From contig NC_068982.1 of the NCBI RefSeq assembly GCF_001194135.2, positions 130,266,321 through 130,330,320 of the forward strand: a stretch of 64,000 nt of DNA. The letters run 5' to 3'. Of this stretch, positions 51,230 to 62,550 are shown piece by piece. The notes beneath the pieces are model-generated. The model saw nothing but the letters and a program-made list of their open reading frames with translations. It made no database searches and was not told where the DNA came from. Every line of letters begins with the position of its first letter. The first letter of the stretch is position 1. This stretch comes from Octopus bimaculoides (taxonomy: Eukaryota). Position numbers and translations under genes: made by a program.

Positions 51230-54200
51230 TGCCAAATGCGAACTTTTCAGGTACATGACACTGCTGTCGCCTATCCCAGGGTCTCATGGGCCCACACCTC
51301 CCACACCCTCAGATTTGGCACACTCAATATGGGCACACTGAAAGGTAGGTCTGGTGAGATTGTTGAGATGCTTGAACAGAGACATGTAAATTTGTGCTGC
51401 CTCCAAGAAGTAAGGTGGAGAGGAGGTTCCATTAGGTTCCTCACAGGCAAAGAACACAGGTACAAGATTTTCTGGGCAGGGAACACTGACGGAGTCGGGG
51501 GCGTGGGTATACTTCTTGTGGAGAAATGGGCTGATAAGGTAATTGAGGTAGTCAGAGTATGCGATAGAATACTTAAGATTAGATTAGTGCTACATCATGG
51601 GTTAGCAAGCATTATCTCAGCCTATGCCCCTCAGCTGGGGCTACTTGATGGACAATAAGACCGATTCTTTGACACCCTCTTGCAGACTACCTTGTTGATG
51701 AATGACAGGGATCTTCTCTTTGTGGCTGGTGACTTCAATGGACATGTTGGACAACATGCAGGCTATGGTTTTGGTTCCCACAATGAGGAGGGAACCAGGC
51801 TGCTGGAGTTTTGTGATGCAAATGATCTTATGGTTTGCAATACTAATTTCAGGAAACCAGCCAGTCACCTAGTCACCTACGGTCTGGTAGACATACTAGC
51901 CAAATTGTCTACATCCTTGCCAGAAAAAGGGTAAGATAGCTGCTTATAAATGCCAAAACCTTCCTAGGCGAAGAATGTACCCTACAACATAGACTAGTAG
52001 TTAGCGACTTCAGGATAAGGGCTAAATGGATGCCCAGAAGACGACCATCATGGAGGAGAAGGAGAGTACTACTTGAAGCTTTTGATGAAATAGAAGGGAA
52101 TATGGCATCACATGATGTGGAAGACAACTGGAGGTTTCTACGGGACAACCTGCTGAGGGCCACTGACCAGATCTGTGGATGATGCAAAGTTCCCTCTCAA
52201 CCCAAGGTAACGTGGTGGTGGAACAATGTGGTTGACAGGGCTATTAGACAAAAGAAACAGGCTTGGAACAACTGGACGAACGGTGGTAGCAGGGAACTGT
52301 ATCAGACTGTCAGCAGGGAAGCTAGGAGACAGGTTTATTTAGCTAGAAGGGAAGCAGATAAGAAAAAATTTGCCAATGTTCTGCGCTGTGAGGACCAAAG
52401 ACTTGAGGTATTATATGCTGCAAGACAGTGTGTGAGAGAGAATCATGATGCCATAGCAGAGAAATGTGTCCGCATGGATGATGGTTCACTTGCATTAAAC
52501 GAGGCAGCAAAAAGAGAAGTTTGGAGATGCCATTATGAAAGGTTGTTAAATAATGAGAATGAATGAAAGAGAGTCTGCTGAATGCCAACCCAACAGCGAG
52601 ACCAGCTATCTGAATTGACAGTATTGAAGGGTATGAAGATAGGGAAAGACCCCAGCCCATCACGAATCACTGCAGAGATGCTCAAAATATCGGCTCAAAA
52701 TATCAGCTATAGACTAGTCACCCATATAGTTAACCAAGTGATACATGAAGTCGTCATACCCAATGACTGGTGTAGCAGCACCTTAGTCAACTGTACAAAG
52801 GTAAAGGTGATGCTTTAGATACAAATAATTACAGAGGTATCAAGTTGTTCAATCAGGCAATGAAGCTCATGGATAAGGTCATAGTCCAACTAATTAGGGA
52901 GAGAGTTTGTCTAGATGAGATGCAGTTTGGGTTCATGCCAGGGAAAAGCACCACTGATGCTATATTTCTGGTAAGACAGCGGCAAGAGAAATTCCTAGCC
53001 AAAGATAAACCACTGTACCTGGTTTTGATTGACATGGAGAAAGCCTTTGACAGGGTCCTTGATCCCTTATCTGGTGGTCAATGATGAAACTTGGAATAGA
53101 TGAATAGTTAGTGAGAGCTGTGCAAGCCATGTACAGGGATGCTGTGACTAAGGTGAGGGTTGGCAACGAGTACAGTGAAGAATTCCAGGTAGGGGTAGGG
53201 GTTCACCAAGGATCAGTCCTCAGCTCCCTCATATTTATCATAGNNNNNNNNNNAGAATTCCAGGTAGGGGTAGGGGTTCACCAAGGATCAGTCCTCAGCT
53301 CCCTCATATTTATCATAGTCCTCCAGACAATAACAGAGGATTTCAAGACAGGATGCCCCTGGGAGCTTCCCTATGCTGATGACCTTGCTCTAATAGCTGA
53401 GTTACTATCAGAACTAGAGGAGAAGTTTCAACTGTGGAAGCAAGGATTAGAATTGTAGGGCCTTAGAGTCAACCTAGCTAAAACCAAAGTCTTAATAAAT
53501 AGGAAGGCAGACAAACCACAAATCCCTTCAGGTAGATGGCCCTGCTTGATCTGTAGAAAAGGCATAGGTAGAAATTCCATAAGAGGTACCCAGTGTAAGC
53601 TATGGTGCAGCAATATTAAAGGAAGGCTAACTGGGAAAATTGTTTTTGTATGTGGCAAATGCTCAGGTGCTATAAACACCGAAAATGCACAGAGAACAGC
53701 TTCTGTCACATTCCAAGGAGAAAAGCTAGAAGTAGTTGATAGCTTCTGTTACTCAGGCAATCAAGTCAGTAGCAGTGGTGGATGCTCTGAGAGTGTAGCT
53801 GCTAGAATAAGAATAGCCTGGGAAAAGTTCAGAGAGCTCCTACCTCTGCTGGTGACAAAGAGCCTCTCGCTCAGAGTAAAAGGCAGACTGTATGATGCAT
53901 GTGTACTAACAGCCATGCTACACGACACTGAAACATGGGCTGTAACTGCTGAGGACATGTGTAAGCTTGCAAGGAACGAAGCCAGTATGCTCCGCTGGAT
54001 GTGTAATGTCAGTGTGCATACATGACAGAGTGTAAGTGCCCTGAGAGAAAAGTTGGATTTAAGAAGCATCAGATGTGGTGTGCAAGAGAGACGACTGTGC
54101 TGGTACGGTTATGTGTTGCGAATGAATGAGGACAGCTGTGTGAAAATGTGTCACACCCTAGCAGTTGAGAGAACCTGTGGAAGAGGTAGACCCAGGAAAA

Positions 54201-55230
54201 CCTGGTGAAGCATGACCTTCAAACATTGGGCCTTACTGATGCAATGACTAGTGACTGAGACCTTTGGAGATATACTGTGCTTGAGAAAACCTGACATGCC
54301 AAATGAGACCATACTCCGTGGCCTATGCCAGTGGGTGTAACCAGCCCACTTATGAATGCCCTTTATTCATTGGACAATAAATTTTGCTTGCGAAGACCTA
54401 TTGAGGCAAGTGTAATCAAAATCAAAATTGCTGATATGGCCAATGACAGTACCGCCTGATTGGCACTCATGCCAGTGGAACGTTAAAAGCACATCCGAAT
54501 ATGGAGTGTAACCAGTGGAATGTTAATAGCACATCTGAGTATGATCATTGCCAGGGCCACGGATTAGCTCCATGCTGGTGGCATGTAAAAAGCACCATTT
54601 GAGCATGATCATTGCCAGTGTCGCCTTACTGTCATATGTGCCAGTGGCACATGAAAAACAATATTTGAACATGGTCGTTGCTAGTTTTGCTGGACTGGCT
54701 CCCGTGCAGGTAGCACGTAAAAAACACCTTTTGAGCATGGTCATTGCTAGAACTGCCTGACTGGCCCTCATGCCAGTGTCACGTAAAAGCACCCACTACA
54801 CTCTCAGAGTGGTTGGTGTTAGGAAGGGCATCCAGCTGTAGAAACCTTGCCAGATCAGATTGAGCCTGGTGCAGCCTTCTGGCTCACCAGTCCTCATTCA
54901 AACCGTCCAACCCATGCTAGCATGGAGAGTGGATGTTAAACACTGATGATGATGATGATGATCTATATATATATATATATATATATATATTGTATATATG
55001 TGTGTGTGTGTGTTTGTACCACCATACCTTGACATCATATGATAGTTATAAATGAGTATCACCATTGGACAAGTAGTTTTCTGTGAATATATGTTCAACC
55101 CTGGGGAAATATTACCTTATTTGGAAACATGTAAGGGTTGATGTCAAGAAGGACATTCAATGATAGTAATTCTGTCTTAAAAATTCCATCTGAATGGGAA
55201 AATGGATGTTAAAGTGATGATGATGATATA
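50983..55230 (+). mobile_element. Family C SINE split by the RTE LINE (5' half 50983-51145, 3' half about 55010-55230)
   Basis: The two halves match the 5' and 3' parts of 43062-43400 and are separated by (TA)n-LINE-(TA)n. Confidence 0.65.
51227..54962 (+). mobile_element. RTE-clade LINE, near full-length, degenerate (APE endonuclease, RT, PHD finger, repeat-containing 3'UTR)
   Basis: APE motifs GTLNMGTL, LQEVRW, SAYAPQ, AGDFNGHVG. RT motifs MQFGFMPGKST and PYADDL. (GAT)n tail. Flanked on both sides by (TA)n. Confidence 0.95.
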
Positions 55231-55451
55231 AACAATGGGCTTCTTCATCGTTCCCATCTACCAAATTCATTGGCAAAGCAATGATCAGCTTGGAGCTGTA
55301 GTAAAAAACACTTATTCAAGGTATCACACAATATGAATGAATCTAAAACTACATAGTTGTGAAGCAAACTTCTGAACCATCAAACAATGCCTTATTGTCT
55401 ACATTTCCATTATTTAAAGTGACAGCTTTATCAATTTAAAATTTTACATAC

Positions 55452-55550
55452 CCTTGGTCCTTTCATTCCAGGTTTTCCTCTTTCTCCCTTTTCACCTGGT
55501 CCGCCAACTAATCCAGGACGACCCCGAAGTCCTTGCTCTCCAGGCAGTCC
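55452..55550 (-). CDS. Mp: Multiplexin exon 4: [33 protein letters not shown]
   Basis: 99 nt, 11 triplets. Acceptor ttttgtcag, donor gtatgt. Confidence 0.93.
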
Positions 55551-55881
55551 CTGACAAAAGAAACAAAACCTAACAATGTAATAAGTGGAACGTCATTTGT
55601 TCTAGGGCAATAAGAGTTCATTTTGATTAGGTCTTAAAAGATTAACTTTGGTAATGGAATTGGGTAACTATGTTTGAATTAACTTAGAATATTCCTGATG
55701 CTGTGTGAATGAATGTCAAAGTCTGTCTTGATAGTATTTAGATTCAGAATGCATATAGAGTTTTGAAAGATATTTCTAGCCCTCTACTATTTCTGATATC
55801 CAACCACTTATCTTCTTTAGACAAGATTAAGAACATGAATTACTTAATTTTCCTGTATCATAAACATCAATAAGTACATAC

Positions 55882-55989
55882 TGATACGCCCTTTTGTCCA
55901 TGTTCTCCCTTATATCCGCGTTCTCCTTTCTGTCCTACAATACCATTTGCACCTGGGTGTCCTCGTTGTCCATTTTGTCCAGGGTAACC
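55882..55989 (-). CDS. Mp: Multiplexin exon 3: GYPGQNGQRGHPGANGIVGQKGERGYKGEHGQKGVS
   Basis: 108 nt, 12 perfect Gly-X-Y triplets. Acceptor tgtgtttag, donor gtatgt. Confidence 0.93.
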
Positions 55990-56920
55990 CTAAACACAGA
56001 AAAAATCAAAATAAAAGAAAGTGTAAAGAGTGAAACAGAAATATGTTCAAATGTAATGGAAAACTTAACCAAAGACATCTTATATACTTCAGACAGCATA
56101 AATTCAGAATGAAAAGAGTGTAATTGTGGTGTTGGTGGCAGCAGTCAACCATTTGATCAAGGAATCAACCATTTTCAAAGTGCAGATACATTCAGTCAGT
56201 TGAAGCTCCTATCATCCTTTTACAGTGTCAGGATGAGTTTTGAACTCAGAATACATATAGAGGAGCAGATACCACAAGACATCGCATATAATACTCTTAC
56301 AATCCACCACACTGGACTGGCACTTTGTTTATCCATCATATGGTTTATCCACCATATGAATGGGATTAGAACTTAGTGCACAGAAAGTTGAAACAAATAC
56401 TGAGGAATTCTCTGTCCAACACACTAACAATTCTGTCAATTCACCTTAAATAATCGCTAAAAGAGCTAGAGTATTTTGTTTCTAATTCCCATAGTAAGAT
56501 AAAATTTTAAAATTTTGAGAGAAAGAATTATGTTAAAAAAATGATTTTGCATTATAAGTTCATTAAAATAAAGCAATGTCTTTTGAGGATCTCCTGATAT
56601 GCTTTGACTGAATCATATTTACTTACGTAATGTATATTACACTTTTGATAATAATCTGCTTGAGACTGCTCGCCAAACATTTTGTGTTAATTTGTTTTAA
56701 ACACCAGCTTAATAATAATGAAATTTTCTTTATTATTTAAAATTAATTGAAACAAAGGGTTGGGTTTAGTGTAATTCAAGGGTAACTTAAGTAAGGAAAC
56801 TTAAACATAGTGGCTTGAAAATCATTTATCCCAGAAATTTCCCATTGCACACTTTTATTTCAATATCAATTATACTTGAAGAATATTGAAAAAAATTAGC
56901 ATAAAACATTGCATACTTAC

Positions 56921-56995
56921 ACGATCTCCTTTTTCTCCCTTCACAGCTATTGACCCAGTTGAACTACCATCAAAATTTGAGTGTCCAGATAACTC
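56921..56995 (-). CDS. Mp: Multiplexin exon 2: ELSGHSNFDGSSTGSIAVKGEKGDR
   Basis: 75 nt, phase 0/0. Acceptor tttaag, donor gtaagt. Ends in KGEKGDR, continuing the Gly-X-Y register into the next exon. Confidence 0.88.
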
Positions 56996-57203
56996 CTTAA
57001 AGTAGAAAAAACACATTCCATTGTGAATAAACATACTTATTTATTTATTCATTTTACTAATTAAGTTCAATAGATTAATTTCTTCTACTGAGGTAAAAGA
57101 AATTAATTGTTCTAAGCTTAAGATTTGAACTGGATATAATATGAGATGAAACTTCATTTTGTAAAGTGGCTATATCTAATTTTATAAATTCTCATTCTAG
57201 CAA

Positions 57204-57455
57204 GATCGTTGCCAGTTCCCCTGGACTGGCTCTTGTGCGAGTGGCACATAAAATACACCAGTTTGAGCGTGGCCGTTGCCAGTACCACCTGACTGGCCTT
57301 CGTAGGATTTTCGAGCGAGATCGTTGCCAGTGCCCCTGGACTGGCTCTTGTGTGGGTGGCACATAAAATGCACCATTTTGAGCGTTGCCAGTACCGCCTG
57401 ACTGGCCTTCGTGCGGGTGACACGTAAAAGCACCCACTACACTCTCTGAGTGGTT
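57204..57455 (+). mobile_element. RTE LINE 3'UTR tandem-repeat segment, inverted relative to the adjacent RT fragment
   Basis: Units like gatcgttgccag...ctggc...gtggcacataaaa ending aaagcacccactacactct..gagtggtt, as at 54480-54815. Confidence 0.85.
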
Positions 57456-58642
57456 TTTTCACGCACAGCATATTTCCAAAGGTCTCAGTCACTAGTCATT
57501 GCCTTGGTGAGGCCTAAAGTTCGAAGGTCGTGCTTCCCCACCTCATCCCAGGTCTTCCTGGGTCTACCTCTTCCACAGGTTCCCTCAACCTCTAGGGTGT
57601 GACACTTTTTCACACAGCTATCCTCATCCATTCTTGCCACATGACCATACCAGCGCAATCGTCTCTCTTGCACACCACATGCTTCTTAGGTCTAACTTTT
57701 CTCTCAAGGTACTTACACTCTGTGAAGTATGCACACTGATATTACACATCCATTGGAGCATACTGGCTTCATTTTTTGTGAGCTTATGCATGTCCTCAGC
57801 AGTCACAGCCCATGTTTCACTGCCATCAGTCTGCTTTTTACTCTGAGTGAGAGTCCCTTTGTTGCCAGCAGAGGTAAGAGCTCTCTAAACTTTTCCCAGG
57901 CTATTCTTATTCTAGCAGCTACACTTTCAGTGCACCCTCCCACACGACTAACTTGGTCACCTAGATAGCGGAAGCTATCAACAACTTCTAGTTTTTCTCC
58001 CTGGAATGTGGCATAGGTTATTTTCTGCACATTTTCAGTGTTTATTGCTCCTGAGCCTCTTCCACATACAAAAACTATCTTGCTAGTTAGTCTTCCTTTG
58101 ATATTGCTGCACCTCTTGTGTGTCCATAGCTTACACTGGGTACAACTTATGGAGTTTCTACCTATGCCTTTTCTACAGATCGAGCAGGTCCATCTACCTG
58201 AAGGGGTTTGTGTTTTGTCTACCTTCCTACTTATTAGGACTTTGGTTTTAGCTAAGTTGACTCTAAGGCTCTTTGATTCTAATCCTTGCTTCCACAGCTG
58301 AAACTTCTCCTCTAGTTCTGATAGTGACTCAGCAATTAGGGCAAGGTCATCAACATAGAGGAGCTCCCAGGGGCATCCTGTCTTGAAATCCTTTGTTATT
58401 GCCTGGAGGACTATGATAAATATGAGGGGGCTGAGGACTAAACCTTGGTGGACCCCTACTTCTACCCGGAATTCTTCACTGTACTCGTTGCCAACCCTCA
58501 CCTTACTCACAGCATCCCTGTACATGGCTTGCACAACTCTCACTAACTATTCATCTACCCCTAGTTTCCTCATTGACCACCAGATAAGGGAGCGGGGGTC
58601 CCTGTCAAAGGCTTTCTCCATGTCAACAAAAGCCAGGTACAG
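57456..58642 (-). mobile_element. RTE-clade LINE fragment (RT C-terminal half and PHD finger), same family as 51227-54962, opposite orientation
   Basis: ORF 57803..58543 contains GVHQGLVLSP, ELLYVDDL and CSICRKGIGRNSISCTQCKLWTHKRC. About 90% identical to the + copy in a ~200-nt segment compared by eye. Confidence 0.93.
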
Positions 58643-58769
58643 CACAAGTGACAGTAACATTACACTGGCATTGCCCATATACATACACGCACAAACATAC
58701 ACATACACACACGCATGCACACACGCATGCATACACACATATGTATCCATACACATGCATATAAACACT

Positions 58770-59880
58770 CATTCATGGTGGTTGTTTACTGCTTATGCAG
58801 AGTTTGACCACCTCCTGTACCTATACCTTAGAACCATCATGGCATCTGATGTGGCTTTTTAAACCAGACAATGTTCTGAAAAGACATCTGCATAGATTGC
58901 ACATCCGATTTGGACCACTAAGAGCTGCAGATAAGTTCTGATCTTTGTGGATCTTAAAATATCTTTTGAGGTCTCCGTTAGATTTGCAAACCGTCTTGCA
59001 TACACTGCATTCAAAGCTGTGCACAAACACATAGGCAGAATAGTTGGTGGAGGTTCGTTTTCCATGGGTTCACAAATGAGATTTGAGCCCAGCAAAAGAA
59101 AGGCATGGTCTGTCACAAACTGTGCACACAGAAAGATCATTGTCATTCATTTTCTTGATCGTAACATTCTTCCTTGAATCTCTTTTGAGTCTTACATGCG
59201 TTATCTTGGCCTCTTCAAATGCTTTCACTCCACTCCACAATTTTATTCACCATCCAGCTCAATCTCTGAAGCAAGGGTTTCTATGTCTTCTGGATCCATT
59301 GCAAGTGACTTCATAGTAGTCCCTATGCCATCCTTAAACCTTTTTTTAGGTTTATGCCAATAGCGTTTCTTCTCTGCAAGCTCACCATAAAACAGCTGCT
59401 TCAGCATGTGTTGATCTGCCATTCAAACAATATGGCCACACCATCTCATTTGGTTCCTCAAAATTCTAGTTTTAATTGAGGTGATGCCTGCAGATGCAAG
59501 GACATCTGTGTTTGGAGTAAAAGAACTCCATTTAATGTATAAAATGTGATGAAGGCATTTTTAGTGGAATTGTTCTAACAATTTAAAATGCCTTTCATAA
59601 CAAGTCCATGTTTCACAAGAATACAACAGGGATGGTAAGACAAATGATTTGTAAAGAGCCAGCTTTGTATTGTTATTTATACATCACTGGCACCAGATGC
59701 ATAACTCCAAGCCACCAAATGCTTTTGCTGCCCTTTGAATTCTCAGATGTATTTCTGTATCGAGATTTCCATCATTTTGTACAGAACTTCCAAGGTAGAT
59801 GAATGAATTGACAACCTCAAGTAATTTGAATCCAGGTGAACTAATTATGGAGATAGCAATGCAAATAAACATGCTTGGGC
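58770..59880 (-). mobile_element. Second RTE/BovB-like LINE, 3' fragment with C-terminal C2H2 zinc fingers
   Basis: LEVVNSFIYLGS..DGNLDTEIHLRIQRAAKAFG is the typical RTE post-RT motif. ORF 58821..59030 carries two CxxC...HxxxH-type fingers. Confidence 0.82.
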
Positions 59881-60284
59881 TTGATATATAAATTATACAT
59901 ACACACATGTTCATATATATAGGGATATATATAGAGGAAAGCAAAAACTGAAAAGCTTCAGATTAGCATTAATTTATAAGCATATAGATATCTATATATT
60001 TACAGAAGATATTTATGGTATTTCAGAGGGTATGGTATTTCAGGTTGGAACTGAAATATTTTGCCATTGCTCCTTAGTTTTCCATATTTTTTCATCCTCC
60101 ATGAAAATTTGTTCTCTAAATATATAAATATCTATATGCCTATACATGAATGTTCATCTTCTGAGTATTTTCAGCTTTTGTTTCTCTCTCTATATATCCC
60201 TATGTATATATTTATGTGTATACGTATGTATGTATGTTTTACATATCAAGCACAAACATGTTTACTTGCAATACTATCTCTCTG

Positions 60285-60323
<39 letters not shown>

Positions 60324-60586
60324 GACATATACACATATATAGTTCCAATTCACTTTTCCTAGTTTATATATGTAGTAACATATTATTTGCTTTTAGGGAA
60401 CCTCTCTCATTGCCTCATCATTTCTAATGCTGAAGTTGGTTCATCATGCTTCTTTTTCTTTTCTTTTGTATGTCATAAAAACTAGAGCAATCTTGTCTTG
60501 CTCAGAAGTACAAAGGTCATACTAAAACTTTGATTTCATATATATGAAAATTACCATTAAAAATTAGACATAAAAGTAAAACTTAC

Positions 60587-60721
60587 ATCATCAATTGAGC
60601 CAACAATTACTCCTGGTGGTCCTGGTGGGCCAGGTAAACCATCACGACCATCATATCCATTTTGACCTGGTTCTCCTTTCTGACCCACAGGGCCAGGTTC
60701 TCCTGAATGTCCTCGTACACC
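60587..60721 (-). CDS. Mp: Multiplexin (collagen XV/XVIII-like) collagenous exon 1 of window: GVRGHSGEPGPVGQKGEPGQNGYDGRDGLPGPPGPPGVIVGSIDD
   Basis: 135 nt, phase 0/0. Acceptor tgtttatag, donor gtaagt. 12 Gly-X-Y triplets, then an interruption. Confidence 0.93.
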
Positions 60722-60932
60722 CTATAAACAGAGAATGACATTAATCAAATAAAAGTGACCACACCTAAAATTAGAGGGAAAGAAAGAGAGAGAAAGAAAG
60801 AGAGAGGAAGCAAGAAACCAACTTTAGTTAGAAAACATAATGGGAAGCAACATCAGTTTATATTGTTACTGAAATCTTCAGGGAGAGTCAACTTGACACA
60901 GTGTTTGACAAGAAAGCTAGCTCCAGAACTGC

Positions 60933-60935
<3 letters not shown>

Positions 60936-60982
<47 letters not shown>

Positions 60983-61097
60983 TGCATGCACGCATGCATA
61001 CATACATATATACATACATACACACGTGCTTGCATGCATACATACACACATACATACATACATGCATACATACATACATACATACATACATACATAC
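60936..61097. repeat. Compound (AC)n/(ACAT)n microsatellite
   Basis: Read directly. Many similar arrays occur (e.g. 8339-8450, 13715-13935, 32078-32260, 62324-62412). Confidence 0.93.
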
Positions 61098-61575
61098 ACC
61101 AATGTACTAAGAAAACTATAAGAGAAAGAGGACATCTATAGACCGTTGATGCAGAATTTGCAAATCCAGTACCCATGCTACACTTTCAGCTTTATATCTG
61201 TTATTACGGGAGAAAAAGGATACATACCGACCCTTCTAGAGCAAAGTATGGCTGGACTTAGGTTTTTGGAGAGAGAATACAAAAATCTTTTATTCATATA
61301 CTACAAATAGTCAAGATATCTTGGACTATAAAAATCTGCAAAACCTTCTTAAGATATAGAGGATGATGAACAAAACAAAATGCTTTCTTTCATAACTTGG
61401 TTACTTAGTTGCTGGTGAGTCAAAGTTTATTCAAAATGAAAAAAAAGAAAGAGAACAAACATGCATACATAATACATATATACATACAAATATAAATGCA
61501 TGCATGCATACATATATACATACACACATACATACATACATACATACATACATACATACATACATACATACATAC

Positions 61576-62309
61576 AGTTATACCATAGGCAGATGTCTGA
61601 AAATCTTATCATGGTATTATCTACTGGTGAGATGATGTAGCTAAGATACTATATAATGAAATCTGTCGGAGGGATAACGCTGAGGACAAAGAAATTAAAA
61701 CCCACAGTATGGTAGAATCTTTAGCCACTCATAATAAAAATGTCCCTGTGAAAACCTCAATAAAATTTAAGCACAATAGACCTGATATAATGATCTGAGA
61801 TAGAGAAGAGGACCTGAGTAAAGTTGTGGAAATCAGCTGCTCAGTGGATGTGAACATAAAGCTGAAGATCAGTGGAAAAGAGAATACCTATGCTGAACTA
61901 TTGAGAAATCTGCCCTTGCTCTATCCAGATTACTAGTTCAGGTTTATACTAGTAATTATTGGGCACTGGGATATGTAACACATTGACTAAATACTAATCT
62001 TGAGAAAATAGGCTTCTCAAAACCAGAAAAGAGAAAGCTGATTGGAAGACTACAGATCTAAGCCATCACTGGAACGGTAAAAATCCGTAAAACTTTCCAG
62101 AGTTTATCATTTAAGTATATATGAGCATGTTTAGATATGCAAGTATATGCATGAGAATACATACATAAAACAAAACATACTAGTCTGCACGTATACATAC
62201 ATGCATAAATACCCTGTCGATGTTGTTGAGATTCCAATGAAGTCTTGGATCTAAGTTCAAAACCAGCTCCTTCTCCATTGGCTAGAAATCTTGAAATAAA
62301 ACTGAATAA
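61576..62309 (+). mobile_element. R4/Dong-like non-LTR retrotransposon 3' end, second copy, embedded in (ACAT)n
   Basis: Collinear with 18536-19232 (HNRPDIMI, VEISCSVDVN). Same 3' terminus aaataaaactgaataa. (CATA)n on both flanks. Confidence 0.82.
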
Positions 62310-62484
62310 TGACTGACTGACTGACATACATACATACAAACATACAAACATACATACATACAAACATACATACATACATACATACATACATACATACATA
62401 CATACATACATAAATAGAATTATTAATGTTTAGAAATCAGTTTGCTTCAATGTATCTAACTTCTTGCAAATATGTTGAGTTCCT

Positions 62485-62550
62485 CATATATCCATTCATA
62501 TATATCCATTCATATATATCCATTCATATGTATCCATTCATATATATATC
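62485..62550. repeat. Short minisatellite, about 4 copies of tatccattcatatata
   Basis: Read directly. Confidence 0.75.

Noticed and set aside
53179-53318. 65-nt direct duplication inside the LINE RT
   Set aside because: Identical copies flank a 10-N gap, typical of unmerged contig overlap. Treated as an assembly artefact.
54480-54790. CRISPR-like repeat/spacer appearance
   Set aside because: Units are contiguous degenerate tandem repeats without unique spacers, inside a eukaryotic LINE 3'UTR, with no cas genes.
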